This document shows positions 32,104 to 41,962 of a DNA stretch of 64,000 nt, one piece after another. Source of the DNA: Thermodesulfobacteriota bacterium. GTDB lineage: Bacteria; Desulfobacterota; Thermodesulfobacteria; Thermodesulfobacteriales; Thermodesulfobacteriaceae. The stretch spans positions 8,191 through 72,190 of the forward strand of contig JAADEG010000008.1 in assembly GCA_013153525.1 (NCBI GenBank), given 5' to 3'. The notes beneath the pieces were generated by a model that searched no databases, was not told where the DNA came from, and worked only from the letters and a program-made list of their open reading frames with translations. Both the position numbers and the translations under genes were made by a program. Positions within the stretch are counted from its first letter, which is position 1; the number at the start of each line of letters is the position of its first letter.

Positions 32104-33537
32104 ATGAGGAAAACTAAAATCGTAGCTACTATTGGTCCAGCATCTCAGGAAGCAGAAGTTATAAAAAACATGATTCTTTCAGGTGTTAATGTATTTAGGT
32201 TGAACTTTTCTCACGGAGACCACGAATATCACTTAAAAAACATAAAAACCGTAAGAAGTGTGTCTAAGGACTTAAACCTACCAATTGCAATTTTACAGGA
32301 TCTTTCTGGACCTAAAATAAGGATAGGCATCGTAAGTACTCCTTTTGCATTACATCAAGGTGAGTATCTGGAATTTTACGCAGAGCCAATTGAAGCAACT
32401 AAAAAAGAAAATGTCGGCAAGGTGTATCTTGAAGAACCAGAAATTCTTAAAGACTTAAAAGAAGGAGACCTAATTTACATAGCAGACGGCTTGATAAAGG
32501 TAAAAGTCGTTAAGGTTGAAAAAGACAAAGTGGTTACTCAGGTTATTCAAGGTGGAGTAGTATCTTCTCGCAAAGGAGTCAACTTTCCTGGAGTTGAATT
32601 GTCTATACCTTCTTTTACTGCAAAGGACAAAAAAGACCTTGAGTTTGGAGTAAAGCACGGAGTTGACCTTGTAGCTCTTTCGTTCGTTAAAAAAGCTGAG
32701 GATGTGCTTGAGTGTAAAAGCGCTCTTAAAAAATTAGGAGGAACTCAACCAGTTTTTGCTAAAATAGAAACACAACAAGCTGTCAAAAACATTGAAGAAA
32801 TTATTGAAGTTGCTGACGGATTAATGATTGCAAGAGGTGACTTAGGAGTTGAATTGCCCATAGAAAAAGTTCCAATTGTACAAAAAAAACTTACTAAACT
32901 TGCAAGAAGTAAAGGAAAACCCGTTATTATTGCTACCCAGATGCTCACTTCTATGATAAACTCTATTTCTCCTACGAGAGCAGACATTTCAGACATAGCC
33001 AATGCAGTTTTAGACGGAGCTGACGCACTCATGCTTTCAGACGAAACAGCAGTAGGAAGATATCCTATAGAAGCTGTAAAAATGATGGCTCGTGCAATTG
33101 AAGAAGCTGAAACAGTTTATCCCTATCTTTCTAAACCACACAAAGACATTGATCACGAATTTGCCATTCCCCACAGCAGTTGTATCCTCGCTGAAGAGCT
33201 TGGGGCAAAAGCTATTGCAGTATTCACTAAAACTGGTAGCTCTGCAATAAGAGTATCTAAGTTTAGACCCAAAGCCCCTATTCTTGCCAATGTATATGAC
33301 GAAGAAGTTTGGAGAAGACTTGCAATCGTTTGGGGAGTTGAACCGTTTTTTATCTTTGACGAAAAGTTACCTCCAGAAAAAATGGTTAAAATTTTTATTG
33401 AAAAAGCTGTTGAAAAAGGCTTTTTAGTACGAAAAGAAGATATTATAGTGTTAACTATGGGATACCCAGTTGCTAAACCTGGTTCAACTAACCTTATAAG
33501 GGTTATCAAAAAAGAACAGTTACCTGAAACAAACTAA
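32104..33537 (+). CDS. pyk: Pyruvate kinase
   Basis: RKTKIVATIGPAS, RLNFSHG, AKIE, IARGDLGVE, ATQML, LSDETAVG. Confidence 0.98.
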   Translation: MRKTKIVATIGPASQEAEVIKNMILSGVNVFRLNFSHGDHEYHLKNIKTVRSVSKDLNLPIAILQDLSGPKIRIGIVSTPFALHQGEYLEFYAEPIEATKKENVGKVYLEEPEILKDLKEGDLIYIADGLIKVKVVKVEKDKVVTQVIQGGVVSSRKGVNFPGVELSIPSFTAKDKKDLEFGVKHGVDLVALSFVKKAEDVLECKSALKKLGGTQPVFAKIETQQAVKNIEEIIEVADGLMIARGDLGVELPIEKVPIVQKKLTKLARSKGKPVIIATQMLTSMINSISPTRADISDIANAVLDGADALMLSDETAVGRYPIEAVKMMARAIEEAETVYPYLSKPHKDIDHEFAIPHSSCILAEELGAKAIAVFTKTGSSAIRVSKFRPKAPILANVYDEEVWRRLAIVWGVEPFFIFDEKLPPEKMVKIFIEKAVEKGFLVRKEDIIVLTMGYPVAKPGSTNLIRVIKKEQLPETN

Positions 33538-33539
33538 TC

Positions 33540-34619
33540 ATGCCTGTTTTTACGCCTTTACAACTTGGAAAACTCGTTAACCTTGCTAAACAAGGAAGAA
33601 TAGCTCCCATATACCTGTTCGTGGGTGAGGAAGAATTCTGTAAACAAAAAGCCAAACAAGTACTTGATGTATTAAAAACTCAAGGAGCTATAGTAGAGAC
33701 TTACGACCTTAAAAATAAAGACGAACTTAAAGAATTTCTGTCTTCACGGGGAATGCAAGAAAGTTTGTTTGGAATAAGAAAAGTTTATTTAATATTAGGA
33801 GGAGAAAACCTTCCAGAAAAAAAAGGAGAAACTCTCGTTAATTCTTTAAAAAACTTTCCTAATGTATTTAGTTGGTTTTTTATTGCAAGTGAAATGTCTG
33901 AAACCCACCCTGTTTATAAGTATGCTTTTGAGAAAGGAGCCATAGTTCCATTCCTCGGAAAAAGGCAAGAAGACTTTTTTGAATCTGAATTAATTATCAA
34001 GCTTAAAGAAAACAACAAGTACATGGACAAACATACTGCAAATCTATTTTTGTCTTTGGTTGGGAAGGATTACAATCACTTTAAAAACGAACTTGAAAAA
34101 CTTCTACTGTACTCTTGTGACGAGCAATACATTACAGAAGAGGATGTTCTTAAAGTTACTGTTGCAGTTGAATCAGGTGCCCTTTACCTTCTTTCTGACA
34201 CCCTATTTAACAAAGGTCCTCACAAGGCTTTTGAACTCATCTTGCACCTCTTAGACTCAAAAGTAGAACCTCCCGTAATCCTGGGATACCTTTACAGGTA
34301 CTTTAAAAGAATGTTAATTTTAAAGGAATTTCTTAAAAAACATCCTGACCTTGAAAAAGAAGAAAAATATTCTGCATTTTCACAAAAATTAAAAGAAATA
34401 AAAGACAATCCTCTTGAAGAAATCCCAAAGGCTATAGCAGATGTACATCCCTACCCTCTTTACAACATGAAAAAAAATCTTCAAAAAATAAAAAACTTTA
34501 AGAAAATTTTTGAAATTTTATACAGAGCAGATACTGCTTTAAAAAGGGACTTTTTTCAACCTGTAAGAGTTTTTAATCAATTGATCTTTTCTCTTTGGCA
34601 GGAGATTAAAGAATCTTAA
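33540..34619 (+). CDS. holA: DNA polymerase III delta subunit
   Basis: PIYLFVGEEEF, SLFG, NELEKLLLY, HPY; typical length. Confidence 0.75.
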   Translation: MPVFTPLQLGKLVNLAKQGRIAPIYLFVGEEEFCKQKAKQVLDVLKTQGAIVETYDLKNKDELKEFLSSRGMQESLFGIRKVYLILGGENLPEKKGETLVNSLKNFPNVFSWFFIASEMSETHPVYKYAFEKGAIVPFLGKRQEDFFESELIIKLKENNKYMDKHTANLFLSLVGKDYNHFKNELEKLLLYSCDEQYITEEDVLKVTVAVESGALYLLSDTLFNKGPHKAFELILHLLDSKVEPPVILGYLYRYFKRMLILKEFLKKHPDLEKEEKYSAFSQKLKEIKDNPLEEIPKAIADVHPYPLYNMKKNLQKIKNFKKIFEILYRADTALKRDFFQPVRVFNQLIFSLWQEIKES

Positions 34620-35535
34620 ACAGCTCTACGACTTTGGTTAAAAGGCTTTCCAAGTCTTTAACGCTTTTTTCGTATTCTTCTGGACTTTTTACTCTTAAAC
34701 TTAAACTAACTTCTTTTTCTTCAAAGTAAGGAGGAAAACTTATGTGTATTCCCTTTTCCTTAAAGCTCTGTACCAAAGAATTAACTTTTTGATACTTAGG
34801 AAAGTAGTTGGGATAATAAAGAAGATTTAGCTTTTTCATAAATTCGTTTTTTCTTTTGTTGAAGTCTTCTTCTTTGAGAACCACTTTTAATTCTGGTGGA
34901 ATGAGTTCTTTAAACTCGTACCTCTTTTTACAATCTAAAAGTTTTTCCAGCACTTGCAATTGTTCACTAAAACTAAGCCTTAAACTCTTGATCAGAGCTA
35001 AAAATTCTTTCCTTTCTTTTTCTTCAAGCTCTGCAAGAATCTGTCCTGCTTTTGGATTTAGTTTTTCTTCGGCAAGAAGTTCTTTAAATTCTGTTTCAAG
35101 TTTGGAAAGACTTAATAAAAAGAAAAAGTTTTGATTAGAGGGTGAAACTCCAAGTTTTTTTAAAAAGTAAAAAATTTCGTCCTTAGAAAAGACTTCTTTT
35201 GCCTTTTTAATGAATTCTGCTTTTTCTGCTAAGTTTAATCCTCTGGAAAGGTTGAGTTCTAAAGCAAGAGCTAAAGCCTGTTTTTTAGAAATGCTTTTTA
35301 ACACTACGCACTTCGTTTCCTTTATACCAGCTTCTATTCCAGCAAGAATCCGAGCCTCTCCATCAATTAAAATTAGTTTTTCAGAAAAAATTGCTATTAC
35401 AGGAGGTTGTAATATGCCAAAGTTTCTAATGCTCTCTTTTATCAGCTCTTTTCTACTGGGTATTGAAAAAGAGAACTTTTCTTCAGAGGAGATCTCACTT
35501 AAAGGAACAGAAACAAACTCAATGCTTAAAGACAT
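34606..35535 (-). CDS. ParB/Srx N-terminal domain protein
   Basis: ESIRNFGILQPP, LIDGEARI, ELNLSRGLNLAEKA. Confidence 0.7.
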   Translation of the reverse strand: MSLSIEFVSVPLSEISSEEKFSFSIPSRKELIKESIRNFGILQPPVIAIFSEKLILIDGEARILAGIEAGIKETKCVVLKSISKKQALALALELNLSRGLNLAEKAEFIKKAKEVFSKDEIFYFLKKLGVSPSNQNFFFLLSLSKLETEFKELLAEEKLNPKAGQILAELEEKERKEFLALIKSLRLSFSEQLQVLEKLLDCKKRYEFKELIPPELKVVLKEEDFNKRKNEFMKKLNLLYYPNYFPKYQKVNSLVQSFKEKGIHISFPPYFEEKEVSLSLRVKSPEEYEKSVKDLESLLTKVVELFKIL

Positions 35536-35539
35536 TATT

Positions 35540-36439
35540 TTAAAGTGTCTTACCTGTAAGTTTGTAAAGGGCTTCTAAGTACTTTTCTCTGGTTTTTTCC
35601 ACTATGTCAGGAGGGATTTCTGGAGGAGGAACATCGTCTTTCCATCCGGTTGACTTTAGCCAATCTCTTATAAACTGCTTGTCAAAGCTCTTTTGAGGTC
35701 TGCCAGGTTCGTATTCTTCTTTTGGCCAAAATCTTGAAGAATCAGGAGTTAAAACTTCGTCTGCAAGTACTATTTTACCGTTTAACTCTCCAAACTCAAA
35801 CTTCGTGTCTGCTATTATAATTCCCTTTTTTTCTGCGTAATCCGAAGCAACTTTGTATATGTTTATGGAAAGCTCTCTAAGTTTTTCTGCAACTTGATCT
35901 CCAACGATTTTCTTCATTTCTTCAAAAGAAATGTTTATGTCGTGCTCACCTTCTTCTGCTTTTGTAGAAGGAGTAAAAATAGGCTCTGGAAGCTTGTCTG
36001 CCTCTTTAAGTCCAGGAGGAAGCTCAATCCCACACACCTTTCCTGTTTTTTGGTACTCTTTCATTGCTGAACCAGTAATGTAACCTCTAACTATACACTC
36101 AACTGGAAAAATCCAGACTTTTTTAACTATCATACTTCTGTCTTTAAGGACCTCTTTGTAAGGTTTAAGTTCTTCTGGATATTCTTCTACATTTGCAGTA
36201 ACGAGGTGAGTTTCAAGCTCTGGAATTTCCTTTTTTAAAAAATCAAACCAAAAAAGTGTCATAAGGGTTAAGATTTTACCTTTGTCTGGAATTGGAGTTG
36301 GGAGGACCACATCAAAAGCCGAAATCCTGTCAGTAGCTACGATAAGGAGTTTATCACCAAGGTCGTAAATGTCTCTAACCTTACCCCTTTTTAAAAGTGG
36401 GACTTCTTTTATGTCTGTGGAATATACTGCTTCTGACAA
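35540..36439 (-). CDS. purC: SAICAR synthetase
   Basis: RGKVRDIY, ATDRISAFD, ECIVRGY, FTPSTKA, ADTKFEFG, DEVLTPDSSRFW; TTG start 36439 follows AAGGAGG (ORF track over-extends). Confidence 0.96.
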   Translation of the reverse strand: MSEAVYSTDIKEVPLLKRGKVRDIYDLGDKLLIVATDRISAFDVVLPTPIPDKGKILTLMTLFWFDFLKKEIPELETHLVTANVEEYPEELKPYKEVLKDRSMIVKKVWIFPVECIVRGYITGSAMKEYQKTGKVCGIELPPGLKEADKLPEPIFTPSTKAEEGEHDINISFEEMKKIVGDQVAEKLRELSINIYKVASDYAEKKGIIIADTKFEFGELNGKIVLADEVLTPDSSRFWPKEEYEPGRPQKSFDKQFIRDWLKSTGWKDDVPPPEIPPDIVEKTREKYLEALYKLTGKTL

Positions 36440-36449
36440 TGAGCCCTCC

Positions 36450-36827
36450 TTATGCCATTGCTTTTGCGAGTTTTCTCGTGCGTTTTTTAAACTTGCTTGC
36501 AAGTCTTCTGTATCTTTCGTACTTTTCCCAATCCTTATTTTTCTTAGCTTCTTCTGCAAGCATCTTAAACTTTTTAATTTTTGCCTTTATTTCTCTCATT
36601 GAAGCACCGACGCGTTTTGGCTCCTCTTTTATACCATAAACTTTTTTAAGAGCAGATATAAGCTCTTCTTTGTTCATTCCGTGTACACCGGTGATTTCTG
36701 GAATTTGAAGAGCTATTTCTCTTAATTCTTTAATCGTCATTTTTTCAAGCTTTTTCTCAAGCTTAGGGAGTTCTCTTTTTTCTTCTCCGTTCTGCTGAAC
36801 TTCTTCCTGTTTTACTTCTTCAGACAT
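36450..36827 (-). CDS. Stand-alone Rho N-terminal-domain protein
   Basis: LEKMTIKELREIA...GVHGMNKEELISAL Rho_N helix motif plus basic coiled coil; GGAGG RBS. Confidence 0.75.
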   Translation of the reverse strand: MSEEVKQEEVQQNGEEKRELPKLEKKLEKMTIKELREIALQIPEITGVHGMNKEELISALKKVYGIKEEPKRVGASMREIKAKIKKFKMLAEEAKKNKDWEKYERYRRLASKFKKRTRKLAKAMA

Positions 36828-36942
36828 CGCTCCCTCCTGCAGAGAAATTTTTGTCCTCTAAAAATTACCACAAAACAGGGATAAAACAAGAGCCATTCTA
36901 AATGAAAAAAATTTAAATATTTAATAAAATTTATTCTGCTGG

Positions 36943-36970
36943 TTGAAAAAAAACGAAAACATGGTTTAAT
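36943..36970 (+). promoter_or_regulatory. Putative sigma-70 promoter of rpsB-tsf operon
   Basis: TTGAAA-16 nt-TTTAAT with TG extension. Confidence 0.55.
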
Positions 36971-36975
36971 TTAAG

Positions 36976-37075
36976 GCACAAAAAGCACGTCTAAGGGAAG
37001 GGGTGCCCTGTGTGCGTGCAGGGTGCTCGGTTTAAGTCCACCTTAGACGGAAGACCAAAACCCCTTAGGAGGTAA
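36976..37075 (+). ncRNA. rpsB 5' leader (S2 autoregulatory, t44-like structure)
   Basis: GC-rich island; 9-bp stem CGTCTAAGG (36988-36996)/CCTTAGACG (37041-37049), inner GCCCTG/CAGGGT hairpin, GGGGT (37000-37004)/ACCCC (37060-37064) complementarity. Confidence 0.7.
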
Positions 37076-37080
37076 ATACT

Positions 37081-37920
37081 ATGGCTCACATTACCATGAA
37101 ACAACTTCTTGAAGCAGGTGTTCACTTTGGGCATCAAACTCGTCGTTGGAATCCAAAGATGAAACCTTTCATCTTTGGAGAAAGAAACGGTATCCACATT
37201 ATTGACCTTCAACAAACCATTAAGTACTTTGAAATTGCTTACGAATTCGTGGTAAACCTGGTTGCAGAAGGAGGTAAGCTTCTTTTCGTTGGTACTAAAA
37301 AACAGGCTCAAGATACTATTAGAGAAGAGGCTGAACGCTGTGGAATGTATTATGTAAATCACAGGTGGCTTGGTGGAACCTTAACTAACTTTAAAACCAT
37401 AAGACAAAGCGTTGAAAAACTTAAGAGAATTGAAAAGTGGTTTGAAGATGGAACCATTGAAAGATTTCCTAAGAAAGAAAGACTTAAACTTGAAAGACTT
37501 AAAGCTAAACTTGAAAGAAACCTCAAAGGTATAAAAGACATGGAAAGTCTTCCACAGGCACTCTACATAGTAGATCCCGTATATGAAGAAATTGCAGTAA
37601 AAGAGGCTCGCAAACTTGGGATCCCTATAATTGCAATAGTTGACACGAATTGTGATCCAGATCTTATTGATTACATAATTCCTGGAAACGACGACGCTAT
37701 AAGAGCAGTCAAACTTCTTACGAGTAAAATCGCAGATGCTTGTCTTGAAGGTCTTGAGATTTACAAAGAAAAAGTCGCTGCAATGAGTGATAAAGAAGAA
37801 ATTCCAGAAGAGACAAAGAGTGACGAAGAAAGAGCTGAAGAAATTCTTGAGGAGATTTTAGCAGAGGAAAAAAGAGAAGAAGAACTTGAGGAAGCAGCAA
37901 AAGCCGTTGAAAAAGAGTAA
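37081..37920 (+). CDS. rpsB: 30S ribosomal protein S2
   Basis: [39 protein letters not shown]. Confidence 0.99.
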   Translation: MAHITMKQLLEAGVHFGHQTRRWNPKMKPFIFGERNGIHIIDLQQTIKYFEIAYEFVVNLVAEGGKLLFVGTKKQAQDTIREEAERCGMYYVNHRWLGGTLTNFKTIRQSVEKLKRIEKWFEDGTIERFPKKERLKLERLKAKLERNLKGIKDMESLPQALYIVDPVYEEIAVKEARKLGIPIIAIVDTNCDPDLIDYIIPGNDDAIRAVKLLTSKIADACLEGLEIYKEKVAAMSDKEEIPEETKSDEERAEEILEEILAEEKREEELEEAAKAVEKE

Positions 37921-37945
37921 AAATTCCTAAAAGGAGGGCAAGAAA

Positions 37946-38542
37946 ATGGCAAAAATAGACCTTGAACTCATAAAAGAGCTTAGAAGAAGAACAGCTGCAG
38001 GTTTTTCTGATTGTAAAAAGGCTCTTGAAGAGGCAAATGGAGACATTGAAAAGGCTATAGACATTCTTAGAAAAAGAGGTCTTGCCATAGCTGCTAAAAG
38101 AGCTGGAAAAGAGACAGCAGAAGGAGTAGTAGCTGCTTACATTCACAGCAACAAGAAAATAGGTGTTCTTGTAGAAGTAAACTGTGAAACTGACTTCGTT
38201 GCAAGAACTGACGAATTTCAACAGTTTGCACACGATGTAGCAATGCAAATAGCTGCAACCAATCCTATTGCAATAAGTAGAGAACAGGTTCCTTCTGAGG
38301 TTCTTGAGAGAGAAAAGAAAATTTACGAAGAACAGCTTAAAGAAAGTGGTAAACCTGAGCACATCATTCCCAAGATTATAGAAGGAAAACTTGAGAAGTT
38401 TTACAAAGAAAATGTGCTTCTTGAACAGGACTTTATCAAAAATCCTGAAATTACTATACAAGACCTTTTAAATGAGCTTATAGCTAAAACAGGAGAAAAA
38501 ATCGTAATTAAGCGTTTTTGTAGATTCCAAATTGGAGAATAA
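37946..38542 (+). CDS. tsf: Elongation factor Ts (short form)
   Basis: [24 protein letters not shown]. Confidence 0.98.
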   Translation: MAKIDLELIKELRRRTAAGFSDCKKALEEANGDIEKAIDILRKRGLAIAAKRAGKETAEGVVAAYIHSNKKIGVLVEVNCETDFVARTDEFQQFAHDVAMQIAATNPIAISREQVPSEVLEREKKIYEEQLKESGKPEHIIPKIIEGKLEKFYKENVLLEQDFIKNPEITIQDLLNELIAKTGEKIVIKRFCRFQIGE

Positions 38543-38547
38543 ACAAA

Positions 38548-39258
38548 ATGGAACCAATTTACAAAAGGATTTTACTTAAAATCTCTGGTGAGGCATTACT
38601 TGGAGGAAAAAGTTTTGGTATTGATAGTGAGGTTATAGGTAAAATTGCCCAAGAACTTAGAGAAGTTTGGGAGCTTGGAGTAGAAGTAGGAATAGTTATA
38701 GGTGGAGGGAACATCTTTAGAGGGGTTGCAGGGGAAAAACAGGGTATGGATAGGGCGAGAGCAGATTACATGGGAATGCTTGCAACCCTTATAAATGCTC
38801 TTGCCCTGCAGGATGCAATAGAAGCCCAGGGATTTCCTTGTAGAGTTATGTCTGCCCTTGAAGTAAAGGAAGTAGCAGAACCTTACATAAGAGAAAAAGC
38901 CCTAAAGCATCTTGAGAAAAAGAGAATCTTAATACTTGCTTGTGGAACAGGCAATCCGTTTTTTACTACTGATACTGCAGCAGTTTTAAGGGCTTTAGAA
39001 TTAAGAGCTGAGGTGCTTTTTAAGGCTACGAAAGTTGACGGTGTTTATGACAAGGATCCTGCAGTACATCCAGATGCTAAAAAGTATCAAACCTTGAGTT
39101 TTGACGAAGCAATTCAAAAACGCCTAAAGGTTATGGATGCAACTGCTTTTTCTCTTGCAAGAGACTACAAACTTCCTATATTAGTCTTTAATCTTTTAAC
39201 TTACGGAAACATTAAAAAAGCCGTTCTCGGAGAGAATGTAGGAACCTTAATAAAATAA
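38548..39258 (+). CDS. pyrH: UMP kinase
   Basis: [34 protein letters not shown]. Confidence 0.98.
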   Translation: MEPIYKRILLKISGEALLGGKSFGIDSEVIGKIAQELREVWELGVEVGIVIGGGNIFRGVAGEKQGMDRARADYMGMLATLINALALQDAIEAQGFPCRVMSALEVKEVAEPYIREKALKHLEKKRILILACGTGNPFFTTDTAAVLRALELRAEVLFKATKVDGVYDKDPAVHPDAKKYQTLSFDEAIQKRLKVMDATAFSLARDYKLPILVFNLLTYGNIKKAVLGENVGTLIK

Positions 39259-39274
39259 GAAAGGAGGTGAAATA

Positions 39275-39829
39275 GTGAACGCCTCTTTAGACGAGACGCG
39301 AAAAAAGATGGAAAAAACTATAAAAGCCTTTAAAGAAGAGCTTGCCCATGTTAGAACATCTCGTGCTTCTATAGCCCTTCTTGAAGGAATTAAGGTTGAT
39401 TGTTACGGAACTAAAATGCCAATTACTCAACTCGCAACCATTAATGTAGTTGAAGGAAGGATGCTCGTTATTCAGCCATGGGATCCTAATCTCACTAAGG
39501 AAATTGAAAAGGCTATTCAAAAGTCTGACCTTGGAATTAATCCTACGAGTGACGGTAAGGTAATAAAAATCGTGGTTCCTCCTCTTAGTGAGGAAAGGAG
39601 AAAAGAACTCGTAAAAGTAGTAGGAAAAATGGCTGAAGAAGCAAGAATCGCAATAAGAAACTTAAGAAGAGACATTTTGGACAAGTTTAAAACCGCAAAG
39701 AAAAAAGGTGAAATTTCAGAAGACGACTTTAAACTCCTTGAAAAAAAGGTACAAAAACTTACAGACGAATTTATAAAGAAAATTGATCAATTGTTAAAAG
39801 AAAAGGAAAAAGAAATTCTAACAGTTTAA
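39275..39829 (+). CDS. frr: Ribosome recycling factor
   Basis: RTSRA, QPWD, SDLGINP, PPLSEERRKEL, AIRNLRRD. Confidence 0.98.
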   Translation: MNASLDETRKKMEKTIKAFKEELAHVRTSRASIALLEGIKVDCYGTKMPITQLATINVVEGRMLVIQPWDPNLTKEIEKAIQKSDLGINPTSDGKVIKIVVPPLSEERRKELVKVVGKMAEEARIAIRNLRRDILDKFKTAKKKGEISEDDFKLLEKKVQKLTDEFIKKIDQLLKEKEKEILTV

Positions 39830-39859
39830 GTCCTTACATTTCAATGGAGGAAATAAGAA

Positions 39860-40579
39860 TTGGAGTTAGATCTAAAGAAGTTACCCACGCATGTTGCAAT
39901 CATAATGGATGGAAATGGAAGGTGGGCAAAGTCTCGCGGACTCCCTCGCGTATATGGACACAAAAAAGGAGCAGAAGTAGCAAGAAACATCATTGATAAA
40001 ACCTGTGAGTTAGGGATTCCCTATCTTACCCTTTTTGCTTTTTCAAAGGAAAATTGGCAAAGACCTGAACACGAAATACAAGTCTTATTTATGCTTCTTG
40101 AAGATTACCTTAATAAAGAGCTTCCAGAAATGCAAAAAAAGGGAATAAGGTTTAGAGGCGTAGGTGACATTGAGGAATTTCCAGAGAGATTAGTAAAAAA
40201 AATTAAAGAAGTAGAAGAGAAAACTAAAAACAACAAAAACATGACCCTGTGTCTTGCTCTAAACTACGGTGGAAAACAGGACATTCTAAGAGCAGTTAGG
40301 TTAATTGCTGAAAAAGTAAAAAGTGGAGAACTTTCTCCAGAAAACATAAGTGAAGAAGTGTTTAAAAAGTATCTTCACACTCCAGACATACCAGATCCAG
40401 ACCTTCTCATAAGAACAAGCGGGGAGCTACGAATTTCTAACTTTTACTTATTTCAGCTTGCTTATACTGAACTTTACTTTACTCCTGTTTTTTGGCCTGA
40501 CTTTAATGAAGAAGAATACATAAAAGCTTTGATCTCTTATCAACAAAGAGAAAGGCGGTTTGGAAAAGTGAATGATTAA
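39860..40579 (+). CDS. uppS: Undecaprenyl diphosphate synthase
   Basis: HVAIIMDGNGRWA, FSKENWQR, DLLIRTSGELRISNF, RRFG. Confidence 0.97.
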   Translation: MELDLKKLPTHVAIIMDGNGRWAKSRGLPRVYGHKKGAEVARNIIDKTCELGIPYLTLFAFSKENWQRPEHEIQVLFMLLEDYLNKELPEMQKKGIRFRGVGDIEEFPERLVKKIKEVEEKTKNNKNMTLCLALNYGGKQDILRAVRLIAEKVKSGELSPENISEEVFKKYLHTPDIPDPDLLIRTSGELRISNFYLFQLAYTELYFTPVFWPDFNEEEYIKALISYQQRERRFGKVND

Positions 40580-41348
40580 ACGAATTATTACTGGAATTAT
40601 TCTTTTTCCAGCCCTTGTCCTTTTAATATTAAAAGCTCCGTATTGGTTAGTCTTTTCCTTCCTCATGTTAACTGCTGGAATTTGTATTTTTGAATGGTTA
40701 AACTTGTTTGACTTTCCCGGAATATTGGTGCTTTACGGAGAGCTCTTGATCTTAAATGCGTTGTATTGGAACTTTGTTACGAATTTTTCTGAATTTTTTC
40801 TCTTTTTTATTTTTTTAGCAGGAAGTTTTTTGCCTTTTCTTTTTAATTACAAAAGAGAAACCTTTGGAGATGCTTTTTTCCCACTTTTTACTGGATTGTG
40901 TTATGTATTCGTAGGATGTTTGAGTTTTTGGAAAATTTTTGTGTATTCAAGAAAACTACTTCTTTTGTTTTTTTGCGTAGTATTTGCCTCTGATACAGGG
41001 GCTTATTTTATTGGAAAGTTTTTTGGACGCCGTCCTTTTTTTCCGGAAATCTCTCCTAAAAAAACTCTTGAGGGTTTTTTTGGAGGCGTACTCTTTGCAA
41101 TAACCGTAAGCATATTACTTAGTTATTACTTTAACTTGTTTAATCTCCGTCAGGCTTTAAACATAGGTATTATGCTCGCTATAGTTGAAAGTATAGGAGA
41201 CCTTTTTGAATCCGCTTTCAAAAGACTTGCAGGAAAAAAAGATTCTGGGAAAATTATATGGGGACACGGAGGAATGCTTGACAGAATAGACGGTGCTCTT
41301 TTTTCAGCACCTGTTTTTTTAATTGCACTAAGGATTTTTACAAAATGA
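40572..41348 (+). CDS. cdsA: Phosphatidate cytidylyltransferase
   Basis: SDTGAYF, ISPKKTLEG, GDLFESAFKR, KDSG, GHGGMLDRID. Confidence 0.96.
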   Translation: MIKRIITGIILFPALVLLILKAPYWLVFSFLMLTAGICIFEWLNLFDFPGILVLYGELLILNALYWNFVTNFSEFFLFFIFLAGSFLPFLFNYKRETFGDAFFPLFTGLCYVFVGCLSFWKIFVYSRKLLLLFFCVVFASDTGAYFIGKFFGRRPFFPEISPKKTLEGFFGGVLFAITVSILLSYYFNLFNLRQALNIGIMLAIVESIGDLFESAFKRLAGKKDSGKIIWGHGGMLDRIDGALFSAPVFLIALRIFTK

Positions 41349-41962
41349 TTCCTTCTATAAAAGAGTGTTACAAGCTGTTAGAAAAACAAAAAGTTCCTTC
41401 TCACATAATAAGACACTCTGAAAAAGTAGCACTTATTTCAAGTTTTTTAACTTGCTTTTTAAACCTCTCTGGAACAAAGCTTGACATTAAACTCGTAACT
41501 GCAGGTGCTTTGTTGCACGACATAAAAAAATACGAATCTATAATTGACAGAAGCATAAATCACGCAGAAGAAGGATATAAGTTTCTTTTAAAATTAGGAC
41601 TTGAAAGGGTTGCTTTAGTAGTAAGATATCATGTAGTTCTTCCTGAAAAGGTATTTAAAAGTTCTGAAGTATTTGAAGAAGAAGTAGTTTTTTACGCTGA
41701 TAAAAGAGTAAAACACGAAGAAGTAGTAAGCTTGGAAGAAAGATTTAAAGACCTAAGAAAAAGGTATGGAATAAACGAAAACATCTTAAAGCGTCTAAAC
41801 AAACTTGAAGAAGTAAGTTTTTTGGTTGAAGAAAAGCTATTTTCAAGACTCAATTTTAAGCCTGAGGTCTTGTTAAGATTCAACTCCTTTAAAAAGGAGG
41901 TAAAAGATGCCCTTGAGGAAGGACTTAAAAATTGCCCTTCTTGCTGGAGGGACCTCTTCTGA
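41345..41962 (+). CDS. HD-domain phosphohydrolase
   Basis: HSEKV, LLHDIKK, HAEEG, YADKRV. Confidence 0.85.
   Translation: MIPSIKECYKLLEKQKVPSHIIRHSEKVALISSFLTCFLNLSGTKLDIKLVTAGALLHDIKKYESIIDRSINHAEEGYKFLLKLGLERVALVVRYHVVLPEKVFKSSEVFEEEVVFYADKRVKHEEVVSLEERFKDLRKRYGINENILKRLNKLEEVSFLVEEKLFSRLNFKPEVLLRFNSFKKEVKDALEEGLKNCPSCWRDLF

Noticed and set aside
36440-36559. Apparent 40-aa N-terminal extension of PurC in the ORF track
   Set aside because: It overlaps the Rho_N gene; a TTG at 36439 follows AAGGAGG and gives a normal-length PurC.
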